Counted from the first letter of the stretch, positions 9,809-21,038 are shown. The stretch is DNA of 64,000 nt from Patescibacteria group bacterium (GCA_048617235.1 JBMCHT010000002.1:63899-127898), one strand, 5' to 3'. The notes: generated by a model not told the origin, from the sequence alone. Program-made: numbers and translations.

Positions 9809-10831
9809 TTACTTATTGTCTTGTTCGGCTATTTCCAAAACAACCAATTCCAAAGGTAAACCGGGATCAAATAACCAAGCCTGGTTATCCCAAGCTCGAA
9901 CTAACATTTTTAAGATAGCCGGTAAATATTTTTGACGGGGGTTATTAGCCAAGTTTTTGACCGTCTCCGGCGAAAACCAACGATCATCCGGAATAGTATT
10001 TTTAGTTAAAGAATAAAGGGTGGCTTGTCTTATTAACTGAGTTAATAATTTGGTTAAAAGCCGAATATCTACTTGAGATTGTCTGGCTTGGTTAATTAAA
10101 TCTATAGCTGTGGAAGAATCGTTATCCAATAAAGCTTGAGCCAATTTATTTAAAAGTTCAATCCCCGGAGCTCCGGTTAACTCTTGAATCTCAGCCAGGG
10201 TTATTTTTTTATCCGCCGCTACTTGTTGCAATAAACCCAGAGCATCCCGAAAAGAGCCATTAGCCAACTCAGCGATTAAATCATCAGCTCCGGTGGGTAA
10301 TTTTAATTTCTCGGCTTTGGCTGTTTGGCTGATAACCGTTTTTAATTCCAAAGCAGTTGGCTGGCGAAAGATGTGGGTTTCACAACGGGATTTAACCGTC
10401 TCCGGCATCTTTTCGGCTTCAGTGGTAGCTAAAATAAAAATAACATGAGATGGCGGTTCTTCCAGAGTCTTCAAAAGTGCATTAAAAGCAGACTTAGACA
10501 ACATATGAGCTTCATCTATAATATAAACCTTATAAGAGGAAGCAAAGGGTAAACTATAAATATCTTCTTGAAGGGCTCGGATATCGTCAACACCGGTATT
10601 GGAGGCGGCGTCTATTTCAATTATGTCTTTATCGGCTACTTGTAAGGTTTTGGCTAAAATTCTGGCAATACTGGTTTTACCGGTACCCCGAGAGCCAATA
10701 AATAAATAAGCTTGTCGTGGAGTGCCGGCGGTTACCGCTTGTTTTAAAACCGAAACAATATGGGTTTGCCCCACTACTTGATCAAAAGTTTGCGGTCTAT
10801 ATTTTCGGTACCAAGCTAAATATTCAGTCAT
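9809..10831 (-). CDS. dnaX: DNA polymerase III subunit gamma/tau (short form)
   Basis: YRKYRPQTF, GSRGTGKTS, EIDAASNTGVDDIR, IIDEAHMLS, LLKTLEEPP. Confidence 0.95.
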   Translation of the reverse strand: MTEYLAWYRKYRPQTFDQVVGQTHIVSVLKQAVTAGTPRQAYLFIGSRGTGKTSIARILAKTLQVADKDIIEIDAASNTGVDDIRALQEDIYSLPFASSYKVYIIDEAHMLSKSAFNALLKTLEEPPSHVIFILATTEAEKMPETVKSRCETHIFRQPTALELKTVISQTAKAEKLKLPTGADDLIAELANGSFRDALGLLQQVAADKKITLAEIQELTGAPGIELLNKLAQALLDNDSSTAIDLINQARQSQVDIRLLTKLLTQLIRQATLYSLTKNTIPDDRWFSPETVKNLANNPRQKYLPAILKMLVRAWDNQAWLFDPGLPLELVVLEIAEQDNK

Positions 10832-10838
10832 AGGCAGA

Positions 10839-11855
10839 TTATAACAAATTATTCTTTATAAATCTTTTTAATAAATCTATGGCTGCTGTGGCCTCAGTCG
10901 TTTCCATTAAAAGATTTCTTAATTCCACCGCTTTGGTAAAATCCGTCACATAAGCCTTAAAATGTTTTTTCATTACGGCATAATTTTTTTGATGACCTTG
11001 AAATTGTTGCTGATTAAATTCGCTTTGACCATAATAACGATCAAATAATTCCAAATGTTCAATCAAGATGGATAATCTGGTTTTTAAATCCGGATCCGGG
11101 CCAGTAAACAACCAAGGGCGACCATAAATTCCTCGGCCAATCATAATTCCATCTAAACCATAGGTTTGAGCTTTTGTTTTGGCCTCTGCCGGAGTTTTAA
11201 CATCTCCGTTACCTAAAAGAAGAATATCGGTACCGGAAAAAATATCTGCCAAAATTTGGGCTTCTTCCCACCGAGCCGGCACTTTGGACATTTCTTTTCT
11301 GGTCCGCAAATGAAAAGTAACTGCCGCCGGACAAGCAGCTATTAAGGCCTCCGGCCAGGCCGGCAATTCTAATTGATTGTAGCCCAAACGAGTTTTAACC
11401 GATATTGGAATACTATAACCGGCTTCAAGCACTCCTTCTTTAGCGGCTATAATTATTTCTTGAGCCAAAGTTGGATTTTTAATTAAAGCAGAACCGGCTT
11501 TTTGTTTTTCTACGGTTTTATCCGGACATCCCATATTAATATCTATCCCGGCCAAACCCCAACCGGCCACCAAAGAAGCAGCTTGTTTCATTTTAGTCGG
11601 ATTACTGCTAAATAATTGAGCCACTATCGGTTGTTCAATTTTCGTATAAAATAATTCTCTTTTTAATTTAGCTTGAGCCTCCGGATGAACCAAACCGTCA
11701 GCGGAAACAAATTCCGTAAAAAAAACGTCCGGCCCGGCCGGTTTGGAATATTTGGCAATTAATTGGCGAAAGACAGCATCCGTGACATCGGCCATGGGCG
11801 CCAAAGCAATTATCGGTCGCGGTAAATTTATCCAAAAATTAGCTTGATTCGACAT
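10839..11855 (-). CDS. dus: tRNA-dihydrouridine synthase
   Basis: LAPMADVTD, IDINMGCP, SVKTRLG, GNGDV, GIMIGRG. Confidence 0.92.
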   Translation of the reverse strand: MSNQANFWINLPRPIIALAPMADVTDAVFRQLIAKYSKPAGPDVFFTEFVSADGLVHPEAQAKLKRELFYTKIEQPIVAQLFSSNPTKMKQAASLVAGWGLAGIDINMGCPDKTVEKQKAGSALIKNPTLAQEIIIAAKEGVLEAGYSIPISVKTRLGYNQLELPAWPEALIAACPAAVTFHLRTRKEMSKVPARWEEAQILADIFSGTDILLLGNGDVKTPAEAKTKAQTYGLDGIMIGRGIYGRPWLFTGPDPDLKTRLSILIEHLELFDRYYGQSEFNQQQFQGHQKNYAVMKKHFKAYVTDFTKAVELRNLLMETTEATAAIDLLKRFIKNNLL

Positions 11856-11868
11856 ACAATCTCATTCA

Positions 11869-13104
11869 CTAATTAGCCAAAACTCTGCGCGTTCTTTCAC
11901 CTACAACCCCGGTACCTTGAGTTAAGCCAAAAGGCTCTAAAACAAAACTGCGATGTCTTTCTTGAAAAGCAATCACTGCCGCCTGAGTACAAGGACCAAA
12001 ATTACCATTAACCGGACACTCGGCCAAACTCCGACCAGCCGGCGGATAAAAACCCCTAATTTGCAATCTCCTTTGCAATAAATAAACCGCTTGATCATCT
12101 CTTAAACCATATTTAAGATCCCGGCCGATGGAATAATCTGCCAAAGCAGTGGGAGATAAGGCCAGTGATTTAACCGGATCTTCTCCGGCTAAAGAAGCCT
12201 TGGTGGATAAATAGGTATACCAAGCCATTTCTCGACCGGCTAATTCTCGAACCTCCGGTTTTCTAAAAACAGATTCGTAAATATAACCATATTCCAGTAA
12301 AACCGAAGGAATATTAATAGAACCAATAGCTCCGGTGGCAATTAAATCGTCCGACTCTATAATTCCTCGTTTTTCACCCGGAGCAATACTAACCATTAAA
12401 AATTGTTGCAAACCGGCAAAAAGAGATTTAGCCAATTGGCGGCTAATTTTATGATGGTGGTAATCGGCTGCCGGAATAAAAATAGAGAAACCCCGAAAAG
12501 TGCCCGGTATCCTTAAATTATTTCTGGCCTGATCATTAATATGAATGTGTAAAACTAAATCAAAATTTTTTTCCATCGCCCAGTAATTGGTGGCATATAA
12601 TCGATAAGCAATCTCTGAAGTTTTACTATTGCTCCCTAAAGGTTCAAAGCTAATCTTGCCCCGATTAAATAAACTTTGAGTTAATATATGCCCCTTTTGT
12701 CTAAAAGACATTACATCCTCTCGTTTATTTTTTAAAAAATATTCAAAATCTTCTTGGTATTCACCAGTAGTTAAATCTCTGATAATTTCTACTTCAAAAT
12801 TTTCATCTTGATTAAAAAAATCAAATAAAGGTTCGGCGATAGCCAAAACCGCATCAGCTTCTTTTAAATCACCAAAAACGGCTCCGCTGTATTGGTTATC
12901 GTGACCGGGGACTAATAAAACTTTTACCTTTTGCTCCGGATCAGCATAAACATCAGTAATATCCGACCACACCACCGCCGGCGCCCAAGCCGAGCTCAAA
13001 AGATTCCACCACTTTTGACCCAAAGGGTGGAATAAGATAATCAATCCAAAAATGATGGCTAAAATTAAAATCAATAAAGGCCAATTAAAGTATTTTTTAA
13101 GCAT
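11869..13104 (-). CDS. N-acetylmuramoyl-L-alanine amidase with C-terminal peptidoglycan-binding domain
   Basis: N-terminal TM, LLVPGHD..E, HIHIN, SVLLEYGY; C-terminal LQRRL..GNFGPCTQAAVIAFQ..TGVVGERTR. Confidence 0.85.
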   Translation of the reverse strand: MLKKYFNWPLLILILAIIFGLIILFHPLGQKWWNLLSSAWAPAVVWSDITDVYADPEQKVKVLLVPGHDNQYSGAVFGDLKEADAVLAIAEPLFDFFNQDENFEVEIIRDLTTGEYQEDFEYFLKNKREDVMSFRQKGHILTQSLFNRGKISFEPLGSNSKTSEIAYRLYATNYWAMEKNFDLVLHIHINDQARNNLRIPGTFRGFSIFIPAADYHHHKISRQLAKSLFAGLQQFLMVSIAPGEKRGIIESDDLIATGAIGSINIPSVLLEYGYIYESVFRKPEVRELAGREMAWYTYLSTKASLAGEDPVKSLALSPTALADYSIGRDLKYGLRDDQAVYLLQRRLQIRGFYPPAGRSLAECPVNGNFGPCTQAAVIAFQERHRSFVLEPFGLTQGTGVVGERTRRVLAN

Positions 13105-13125
13105 TAGCAGTTAGTATAACAGAAA

Positions 13126-14175
13126 TTAATCAGTCGCCAAATCCAAAAACGGTGGCTGATAATCTTTGGTTTGAGTAGATAAATGTCCGGTGATACCCTT
13201 AATCGTTTTAGTAGCCGAATCCAAAACTACCTTTAAAACCAAACCTTCCATGGTTTCAGCTGAAAAATATTGATCAAAGATAAAATTACCCAAACTGTAA
13301 ATAATAAAACCATCCTGATACCATTCCGCTTCTTGAATTACATGAGGATGGTGACCAATAACCAAGTCGGCTCCGGCTTCAATCGCTTCCCGAGATAAAG
13401 CTCGTTGTCGCCAAGTGGATCTTTCTTGATACTCCTGACCAAAATGGAAAGATACGATTAAAATATCCGTCTCCGTCGCTCCGTTTTTTATTATATTATT
13501 TCTATCCGGATGATTAGCCCACAACATACCGGCTTCAGTCTCAGTCGGTTGCAACCACCAAGGACCGATATCCGTAAAAGCCAAAAAACCAATCTTGACC
13601 CCTTCAATTTCTAAAATTTTAACTGCTTGAACATCTTCACTTCTACCACCACCAACAGCTAAAATATTTAAAGCTTCTAAGCGATCTAGAGTATCTTCAA
13701 AAGCCTCTCGACCCCAATCTCCCATATGGTTATTAGCCACCGACAAGACATTAAAACCCACTCGAGCTAAAGCTTCAAGAGCCACCGGCTCCATTCGAAA
13801 AGAATAAAGATTACCCAAATTTTGACCTTGATCGGAAACCGGTCCTTCCAAATTACCAAAAACAATATCGGCTGAATTTAAATAACTCAAATTTTGTAAA
13901 AAAAGATCATAATCTCCATCATAATTATTCATAACCGATTGTCGCACCCCTCGATCTAACATAACATCTCCAACAAAATACATTATTATCTCTTGTCCCG
14001 ACGGTTCATCAATTGTCAATTTATCTTTTAGTAAATGCCAATTACCAACTGTTGCTTGGCTAAAATCTGTTTTTAAAAAAGATTGAGTATTATACCAATA
14101 AACTCCTCCAATTACTCCCGCTAACAATAATATTAAAACACTAACTGATAACCACTTGGGTAGAAAAAAATTCAT
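13126..14175 (-). CDS. CapA family (PGA_cap) metallophosphoesterase-like protein
   Basis: GDVMLDR, GNLEGP, VANNHMGDWG, HFGQEY, IGHHPHV, YSLGNF. Confidence 0.9.
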   Translation of the reverse strand: MNFFLPKWLSVSVLILLLAGVIGGVYWYNTQSFLKTDFSQATVGNWHLLKDKLTIDEPSGQEIIMYFVGDVMLDRGVRQSVMNNYDGDYDLFLQNLSYLNSADIVFGNLEGPVSDQGQNLGNLYSFRMEPVALEALARVGFNVLSVANNHMGDWGREAFEDTLDRLEALNILAVGGGRSEDVQAVKILEIEGVKIGFLAFTDIGPWWLQPTETEAGMLWANHPDRNNIIKNGATETDILIVSFHFGQEYQERSTWRQRALSREAIEAGADLVIGHHPHVIQEAEWYQDGFIIYSLGNFIFDQYFSAETMEGLVLKVVLDSATKTIKGITGHLSTQTKDYQPPFLDLATD

Positions 14176-14178
14176 ATT

Positions 14179-15042
14179 TTATTCTTGATCCAAAAATTTA
14201 TAAAATACTCGATTACCAAAACGAAAATCCAAATACTCCAGGCCACCGGCTTCCTTTAAACCGGTCTGGAATTCCGGCACTTGCATCACCGTTTTAATAT
14301 CGGCGGCTAAATTAGTTAAAGAACGATCAATATTTAAATATAATTTCCATTCCGACCAATTAACTGTTTGTTGGGGTGCTAATATGAAAGCAAAATCTTT
14401 TTCGGATAAATATTCCGCTCCCAGAAGCCAAAAATCTCCCAAACCAGCCTCGGTTAAAACAACCGGTAATTTCTGAGCCATAATTTGCAAATCGGCAAAA
14501 ACAGCCGGTTCCGGTTCAGTCCCCGATCCGGCTAAAAAATGAAATACTACTCCCGAAGAATAAATCGGGGCTGATTTTAAATTGTAACCACTTTTATTTA
14601 TAAAATAACAGTTTTGTCTGTTTTCCCAATTACCGGCACATTTGACCATTGTTGGGTTATCTTCTTTTACTTCTATTACCAACTCTCGCCGCCAAGGTCT
14701 TACACCAATTTTAATATCATTTAAATTGAAATATTTATTTGATAATTCTTTTTTTAATTCTCGTTTTGGTGGCCACCACCAGATATTGTTAGGCCATTTA
14801 GTTATTGACCGTTCACCTTCTAAAACCGTTTGAATTAAATCCGCCATGACCGGCAAAGAACTCTGCCGATTACCACTGATGGCTACCATTTTAATTTCAG
14901 ATAACCGGTGATTGGCAAATTGATGAAGTAAAAAAACAAAACCGCCACCAAAAAGCAAAAGAATCAAAAAAAATATTAATAATTTCTTTTTGTTAAATAA
15001 TCGTCTTAAACCGGAAGAAAAAAACAAACGGCGACGGCGCAT
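14179..15042 (-). CDS. ftsQ: FtsQ/DivIB-like cell division protein
   Basis: Basic N-terminus, one TM, POTRA-like region, C-terminal EYLDFRFGNRVFYK. Confidence 0.65.
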   Translation of the reverse strand: MRRRRLFFSSGLRRLFNKKKLLIFFLILLLFGGGFVFLLHQFANHRLSEIKMVAISGNRQSSLPVMADLIQTVLEGERSITKWPNNIWWWPPKRELKKELSNKYFNLNDIKIGVRPWRRELVIEVKEDNPTMVKCAGNWENRQNCYFINKSGYNLKSAPIYSSGVVFHFLAGSGTEPEPAVFADLQIMAQKLPVVLTEAGLGDFWLLGAEYLSEKDFAFILAPQQTVNWSEWKLYLNIDRSLTNLAADIKTVMQVPEFQTGLKEAGGLEYLDFRFGNRVFYKFLDQE

Positions 15043-15054
15043 AACATCTTTGAA

Positions 15055-16314
15055 TTAATTAATAAGGGTTTTCCCTATATAAGGCCTTAAAACTTCAGGT
15101 ACTGTTATTTGACCGGATTCATCTTGATTGTTCTCCAAAATAGCAGCCAATAACCGAGGAGTAGCTGCCATGGTACCATTTAAAGAGTGAGCCAGATGAA
15201 GTTGACCTTTTTCATCACGGTATTTAATATTCAATCGTCTGGTTTGCCAATCATGGAAATAAGAAATGGAATGAGTCTCTCGGTATTTACTCTCAGACGG
15301 CATCCAAGCTTCGATATCATATTTCTTGACCTGCCCCAAACCCAAATCTCCGGCGCAATTAACCACCACTCGATAAGGTAATTGCAAAGCTTGCATTAAT
15401 TTTTCAGCTCTGGCCAACAAAGCTTCATGTTCGGCTACCGAAGCTTCATGGCTGGCCGGACATAAAATCACTTGTTCCACTTTATAAAACTCATGAACGC
15501 GAATAAGACCTTTGGTGTCTTTACCGTAACTACCGGCCTCCCGACGAAAACAAGGCGACCAAGCTCCCACCCTTAAAGGCAATTGATCTTTAGTTAAAAC
15601 TTCATCCATGTGACCGGCCATAACCGCCACTTCCGAAGTGCCGGCCAAAAAATCTCCGTCCTGAGTTTGATACAAATCTTCTTCCCCTTGAGGTAAATAA
15701 CCGGTGCCAAAAAAACCCGGTCGCCTAACTAAAGATGGAGCTAACATTAATTGGAAATTATCTTGACGCAACATATCCAAAGCATATTGCCAAAGAGCCA
15801 TAGATAAAGATAAGCCATCGTTTTTCAAAAAATAACCTCGAAAACCATGAACTTTAACTCCTCGCTCAAAATCTGCTAAATTCAATTTTTCCATTAATTC
15901 TTTATGATCTGCCGGCTTAAAAGACATATCCGGTTTTTGGCCCCAAGTTTTAATCTCTAAATTATCCTCATCACTATCTCCATCGGGTACCGCCACATCT
16001 ATTAGGTTAGGCACTTCCAACATCATTTTTTGCCATTTAGTGGTAATGGTTTTTAGCTCTTCTTCTTTTTCTTTCAATTCAGCTTTTAATGTTTTCATCT
16101 CTCGAATAATGTCCTCTCTGGTTTCAGCCGAAGCGGTGGCCATATTTTTAGTAGCTTCATTTTGTTGGGCTCGCAAAGATTCCACTTCAGCCAAAACCGC
16201 CAATCTTTTATCATCTAAAGAAATTAGAGTTTCTACCGTAATCGGTGCTTTTTTGCGTTCAATAGCTTTGGCAATAATATCGGCATTATCCCGTATAAAT
16301 TTTATATCCAGCAT
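15055..16314 (-). CDS. serS: Serine--tRNA ligase
   Basis: MLDIKFIR, coiled-coil arm, CFRREAGSYGKDTKGLIRVHEF, HSLNGT. Confidence 0.97.
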   Translation of the reverse strand: MLDIKFIRDNADIIAKAIERKKAPITVETLISLDDKRLAVLAEVESLRAQQNEATKNMATASAETREDIIREMKTLKAELKEKEEELKTITTKWQKMMLEVPNLIDVAVPDGDSDEDNLEIKTWGQKPDMSFKPADHKELMEKLNLADFERGVKVHGFRGYFLKNDGLSLSMALWQYALDMLRQDNFQLMLAPSLVRRPGFFGTGYLPQGEEDLYQTQDGDFLAGTSEVAVMAGHMDEVLTKDQLPLRVGAWSPCFRREAGSYGKDTKGLIRVHEFYKVEQVILCPASHEASVAEHEALLARAEKLMQALQLPYRVVVNCAGDLGLGQVKKYDIEAWMPSESKYRETHSISYFHDWQTRRLNIKYRDEKGQLHLAHSLNGTMAATPRLLAAILENNQDESGQITVPEVLRPYIGKTLIN

Positions 16315-16413
16315 GCTTATTTAATTTTTAATTATTACTAAAATCCTTTATGATATTAATAATAGCAAAAATAAGATATTTACCCAAACAATAAACTTAA
16401 GCTCTTTTATTTT

Positions 16414-17289
16414 ATGTCCACCGTTTTAACCCCCAGTCGTTTATGGCTATCAAAAAACTGGCCGGAGCAATTACAAGAAATGTCTGATCCGCCGACCCAA
16501 TTACATTTAGTCGGTTCTCAACCACCGACAGATTTGGTTTATTTAACAGTTATTGGCAGTCGTCGTCCCAGTTCTTACGGTTTGGACATCTGCCAGCATT
16601 TAATTTCCGGTTTGGCCGGCTATCCTATTGGCATAGTCTCCGGACTGGCTTTAGGAATTGATGCCGCCGCTCATCGAGCGGCTTTAGTGTCTGGTCTTTA
16701 TACGATAGCTTTTCCCGGTTCCGGTTTGGCTAAAAATAAAATAGCTCCCCGAACCAATTATAATCTGGCTGAAAATATTGTTAAAAAAGGTGGTAGTTTA
16801 ATATCCGAATGGCCGGATCAAACTCCGGCCGGTCGTCATACTTTTCCGGCTCGTAATCGCCTAATGGCCGGTTTGGCTCAAGCGATTTTGGTAATAGAAG
16901 CCGGTGACAGATCCGGCACCCTAATAACGGTTCGTTTGGCTTTGGATTATAACCGAGATATTTTGGCTGTTCCCGGCAGTTTATATAATCCTTATTCTGT
17001 CGGTACTAATCGTTTAATTAAAGAAGGAGCCGGGGTGATAACCGCCCCGACAGATATCTTGGAACATTTCAACTTCCAAACCCCGTCAACTTTAAACGAA
17101 AAACCCGAGCCCTCAACTGAAAATCAAAGACAATTATGGCAATTATTAAAAACCGAAAATATTAATTCCAAAACCGCTCTAGCCGAATATTTAAAATGGC
17201 CTCCAGCTAAAATAATTGCCACCTTAACCGCTTTGGAATTGGAAGATTTTATCAAATGTGCCGGTGATCATATTTCTTTTTTGAAATAA
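16414..17289 (+). CDS. dprA: DNA-processing protein DprA
   Basis: IGSRRPSSYG, VSGLALGIDAAAH, FPARNRLMAGL, SGTLIT, AVPGS. Confidence 0.95.
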   Translation: MSTVLTPSRLWLSKNWPEQLQEMSDPPTQLHLVGSQPPTDLVYLTVIGSRRPSSYGLDICQHLISGLAGYPIGIVSGLALGIDAAAHRAALVSGLYTIAFPGSGLAKNKIAPRTNYNLAENIVKKGGSLISEWPDQTPAGRHTFPARNRLMAGLAQAILVIEAGDRSGTLITVRLALDYNRDILAVPGSLYNPYSVGTNRLIKEGAGVITAPTDILEHFNFQTPSTLNEKPEPSTENQRQLWQLLKTENINSKTALAEYLKWPPAKIIATLTALELEDFIKCAGDHISFLK

Positions 17290-17330
17290 TTTCTTGCACA
17301 GTTTAAATTTTTATAGTACTACTTAAAAAC

Positions 17331-19511
17331 ATGAAATTAGTTATTGTAGAATCTCCGGCCAAAGCCAAAACCATTAATCGGTATTTGGGTTCGGATTATA
17401 AAGTGACCGCCAGCGTCGGTCATGTTCGAGACTTACCCAAATCCAATAAAAACGCCATAGACATCGCCGGCGGCTTTATTCCACATTACGAATTGTCTAC
17501 CGGTAAAGATAAAGTGGTTAAAGATTTGGTTCAACAATCAAAAAAAGCCGAGACTATTATTTTAGCCACTGACCCCGATCGTGAAGGCGAAGCCATTGCT
17601 TGGCACTTGGCGGAAATTATTAAAGACAAAAATAAAAAAACTCCACCCATTCAACGAGTGGCTTTTAACGAGATAACCGAGACAGCAGTTCAAGCCGCCA
17701 TTGAAAACCCCCGAGCTATAGATCTAGATTTAAAAGAAGCTCAAGAAGCCCGACGAGTACTGGATAGATTGTTTGGTTATGATCTATCCGGTTTAATCTG
17801 GAAAAAATTACGCTATGGTTTATCCGCCGGTCGAGTCCAATCACCGGCTCTGCGTTTATTAGTAGAAAAGGAAAAAGAAATTCAAGCTTTTAAACCGGAG
17901 GCCTATTGGGTCTTGGAGGCCAAAATGGCCGACCCTCATAAAGAAATCATTACTTTCACAGCCGATCATCAACCCACCACCGCCACTGAGGCTGAGAAAA
18001 TTGTTAAAAAAGGTCAAAAAGCCAAGTGGCAAATAACAGACATATCCCAAAGCCAAATGAGCCGAAATCCGAAAGCTCCTTTTACCACCAGTACTCTCCA
18101 ACAAGTCGCCTCCAATCGTTTAGGTTTATCTCCCAGTCAAACTATGGGTTTGGCTCAAAAACTATATGAAGCCGGCCATATCACTTATATGAGAACCGAC
18201 AGTCCTAATCTTTCTCATAAAGCTACTGTCGCTATAGAAAAAGCCGTCATTGCCAATTACGGTCAGGAAAATCTGGAAAAAAGAACCTTTAAAACCAAAA
18301 GTAAAAATGCTCAAGAAGCGCATGAAGCTATCAGGCCGACAAATATTTCTCAATCCACTGCCGGCACCTCTCCGATTATGAAAAAACTTTATGACTTAAT
18401 TTACCGCCGCACCCTGGCCAGTCAAATGAAACCGGCTCAAATGCTTAAAACCAAAATTACCGCTGAAGCTGACAATAAAGAAGTTCCGCCTTTCTTTGCT
18501 CGAGGAGCAGTAATAGTAAATCGCGGTTGGTTATTGGCCGATCCGGCCTCAGCCGGAGATGACAACCCGTTACCAAACTTAAAAATAAAAGATAATCTTG
18601 ATTTGAAAGAATTAGAAGCTATCGGTAAAGAAACTAAACCACCCAATCGTTACACTGAAGCCGGTTTGGTTAAAGAATTGGAAAAAAGAGGTATTGGTCG
18701 CCCCAGCACCTATGCTCCGATTATTAAAACCTTGCAAGATCGCGGTTACACCGAAAAAGAAGGCAAAACTCTCTTTCCTACCGATACCGGTATGGTAGTG
18801 AGTGATTTTTTAGTAGAACATTTTAATAAATATATCAGTGATGATTTCACCGCCAATTTAGAAAATCAGTTGGATGAGATCGCTAATGGCCAAAAAACCT
18901 ACAAAGAAATCTTAACGGATTTTTACGAACCTTTTTCAAAAGAAGTAGACTCCAAAAAAAATCTACCTAAAATATCCGACTTAGGTCAAGCACCGACTGA
19001 TCTCAAATGCCCGGAATGTGGCTCCTCCATGATAATCAAACTGGCTAAAACCGGTCGCTTCTTCAGTTGTAGTCGTTTCCCAGATTGTTTAGGAGCTTTA
19101 GATAAAGACGGTCAACCCCTACCGCCACCTAAAAAATTAGATCGCCAATGCCCGGAATGTAAAAAAGGGCAACTTATGGAAAAATCGGGCCGTTTCGGTC
19201 AATTTATCGCTTGCGATCGTTATCCTCAATGTCGTTATATAGAAGAAAGCCCGGAACAAGCTAATAAAAACAAAACCGGGGTTACTTGTCCTGTCTGTCA
19301 CAAAGGAGAAATGACGGAAAAAAGAGGTCGTTTCGGAGTTTTTTATGGTTGTAGTAATTATCCGGACTGTAAACATATTATAAAAAGTAAACCTACCGGT
19401 AAAAAATGCCCGGACTGTGGCGCTTTAATGATGGAAGGTACCAAAACTATCCCGGAGCGATGTTCAAATAAAAATTGCCCCAACAACAGACCGGATAAAA
19501 AAACAAAATAA
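17331..19511 (+). CDS. topA: DNA topoisomerase I
   Basis: IVESPAKAKTI, ATDPDREGE, SAGRVQS, ITYMRTDS, four C-terminal Zn ribbons. Confidence 0.97.
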   Translation: MKLVIVESPAKAKTINRYLGSDYKVTASVGHVRDLPKSNKNAIDIAGGFIPHYELSTGKDKVVKDLVQQSKKAETIILATDPDREGEAIAWHLAEIIKDKNKKTPPIQRVAFNEITETAVQAAIENPRAIDLDLKEAQEARRVLDRLFGYDLSGLIWKKLRYGLSAGRVQSPALRLLVEKEKEIQAFKPEAYWVLEAKMADPHKEIITFTADHQPTTATEAEKIVKKGQKAKWQITDISQSQMSRNPKAPFTTSTLQQVASNRLGLSPSQTMGLAQKLYEAGHITYMRTDSPNLSHKATVAIEKAVIANYGQENLEKRTFKTKSKNAQEAHEAIRPTNISQSTAGTSPIMKKLYDLIYRRTLASQMKPAQMLKTKITAEADNKEVPPFFARGAVIVNRGWLLADPASAGDDNPLPNLKIKDNLDLKELEAIGKETKPPNRYTEAGLVKELEKRGIGRPSTYAPIIKTLQDRGYTEKEGKTLFPTDTGMVVSDFLVEHFNKYISDDFTANLENQLDEIANGQKTYKEILTDFYEPFSKEVDSKKNLPKISDLGQAPTDLKCPECGSSMIIKLAKTGRFFSCSRFPDCLGALDKDGQPLPPPKKLDRQCPECKKGQLMEKSGRFGQFIACDRYPQCRYIEESPEQANKNKTGVTCPVCHKGEMTEKRGRFGVFYGCSNYPDCKHIIKSKPTGKKCPDCGALMMEGTKTIPERCSNKNCPNNRPDKKTK

Positions 19512-19518
19512 AAACTAT

Positions 19519-19547
19519 TTGCTTTTTCCGCCATTTGGCTCTAAAGT
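19519..19547 (+). promoter_or_regulatory. Sigma70-type promoter of rel (leaderless)
   Basis: TTGCTT-17-TAAAGT, with ATG 6 nt after the -10. Confidence 0.55.
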
Positions 19548-19553
19548 AAAAAA

Positions 19554-21038
19554 ATGATAAATGCTTTTATTAGAAAAACTCCTCCGGTAACAGACATTTT
19601 AAAAGAGGCCAACGACTTAAATTCTGAAGCCAAAACTCTAATAACCAAGGCTTATGATTATGCCGAAAAAGCTCACCGAAATCAGAAACGAATGTCCGGC
19701 GAACCCTATTTTAATCATGTAGTGGAAACAGCCAAAACTTTGGCCGAATTAAAAGCTGATGCCGATACCATTGCCGCCGGCCTTTTACATGATGTGGTGG
19801 AAGATACTCCGATTACTGAAGAAGAACTAAGTCAAGAATTTAATTCCACTATCTGTAAATTGGTCGCCGGAGTAACTAAATTGGGTACTTTAAAATATCA
19901 AGGCCAAAAACGCCATGTTGAAAGCTTGCGTAAGTTATTTATAGCCATGGCCTCGGATATTCGAGTGATAATGATTAAACTGGCCGACAGACTTCATAAT
20001 GTTAAAACTTTGGAATATGTCAAACCGGAAAAAAGAAAAAGAATTGCTCTGGAAACCATAGAAATATATGCTCCTTTAGCTAATCGTTTAGGTATTGGCC
20101 GACTACGCGGACCATTGGAAGATTATAGTTTTCCTTTTGTTTACCCCGAAGAGTATAAGAAAGTAATGCGTTTGCGTAAAACCAAATCCAAAAATACACT
20201 CAAGCAATTAAAAAAAGTGGCTCGATCTATTCAGGAAAGCATAATTAAAGAAGGAATAACCGATTTTGATATTGATTACCGAGTTAAACATATTTACAGT
20301 CTATATAATAAATTAAAAAGAAAGAATATGGATATAGATCAAATATATGACCTAACCGCTCTTCGAATTATTCTACCCAATCAAACAGACTGTTATCGAG
20401 TTTTAGGTTTAATTCATTCTCTTTGGCGACCGGTACCCGGAAAATTAAAAGACTATATTTCCAATCCTAAACATAACAATTACCGCTCTATTCATACCAC
20501 CGTTTTTACCGGTGACGGCAACATCTCTGAAATTCAAATCCGAGATCGACAAATGCACACTGAAGCCGAATATGGAGTGGCTTCTCATTTATTTTATGAT
20601 GAGACCGGTAAACCCAAAACCGGTGGCCAAGCACCAACCGGTAAATTGAGTTGGATAACTGAATTAGCCAAATGGCAAGAAGTCGCTTCCGAATCCGAAG
20701 AATTTATTAATACTTTGAAATCGGACTTTTTTCAAAATAGAATTTTTACTTTTACTCCCCGTGGCGAAGTAATAGAATTGCCAACCGATGCTATCGCTTT
20801 GGATTTTGCTTATGCCATCCATTCAGATGTTGGTCATCAAGCAGTGGGAGCTACTATTAACGGTAAATATAGTTCCCTGACCACCGTTTTACAAAATAAC
20901 GATATTATTCAAATAGAAACCAAAAAAGATACCCACCCTACCAGAAAATGGCTGGAACAAGTAAAAACCTCTACCGCCAGACGACATATCAAACAATATT
21001 TAACTAAAACCGATCCGGAATTTCAGACTACAAACTAA
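19554..21038 (+). CDS. rel: RelA/SpoT (p)ppGpp synthetase/hydrolase, lacking ZFD/ACT domains
   Basis: GLLHDVVED, KLADRLHN, RVKHIYS, YRSIHT, EIQIR, TGS domain (DFAYAIHSDVG). Confidence 0.92.
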   Translation: MINAFIRKTPPVTDILKEANDLNSEAKTLITKAYDYAEKAHRNQKRMSGEPYFNHVVETAKTLAELKADADTIAAGLLHDVVEDTPITEEELSQEFNSTICKLVAGVTKLGTLKYQGQKRHVESLRKLFIAMASDIRVIMIKLADRLHNVKTLEYVKPEKRKRIALETIEIYAPLANRLGIGRLRGPLEDYSFPFVYPEEYKKVMRLRKTKSKNTLKQLKKVARSIQESIIKEGITDFDIDYRVKHIYSLYNKLKRKNMDIDQIYDLTALRIILPNQTDCYRVLGLIHSLWRPVPGKLKDYISNPKHNNYRSIHTTVFTGDGNISEIQIRDRQMHTEAEYGVASHLFYDETGKPKTGGQAPTGKLSWITELAKWQEVASESEEFINTLKSDFFQNRIFTFTPRGEVIELPTDAIALDFAYAIHSDVGHQAVGATINGKYSSLTTVLQNNDIIQIETKKDTHPTRKWLEQVKTSTARRHIKQYLTKTDPEFQTTN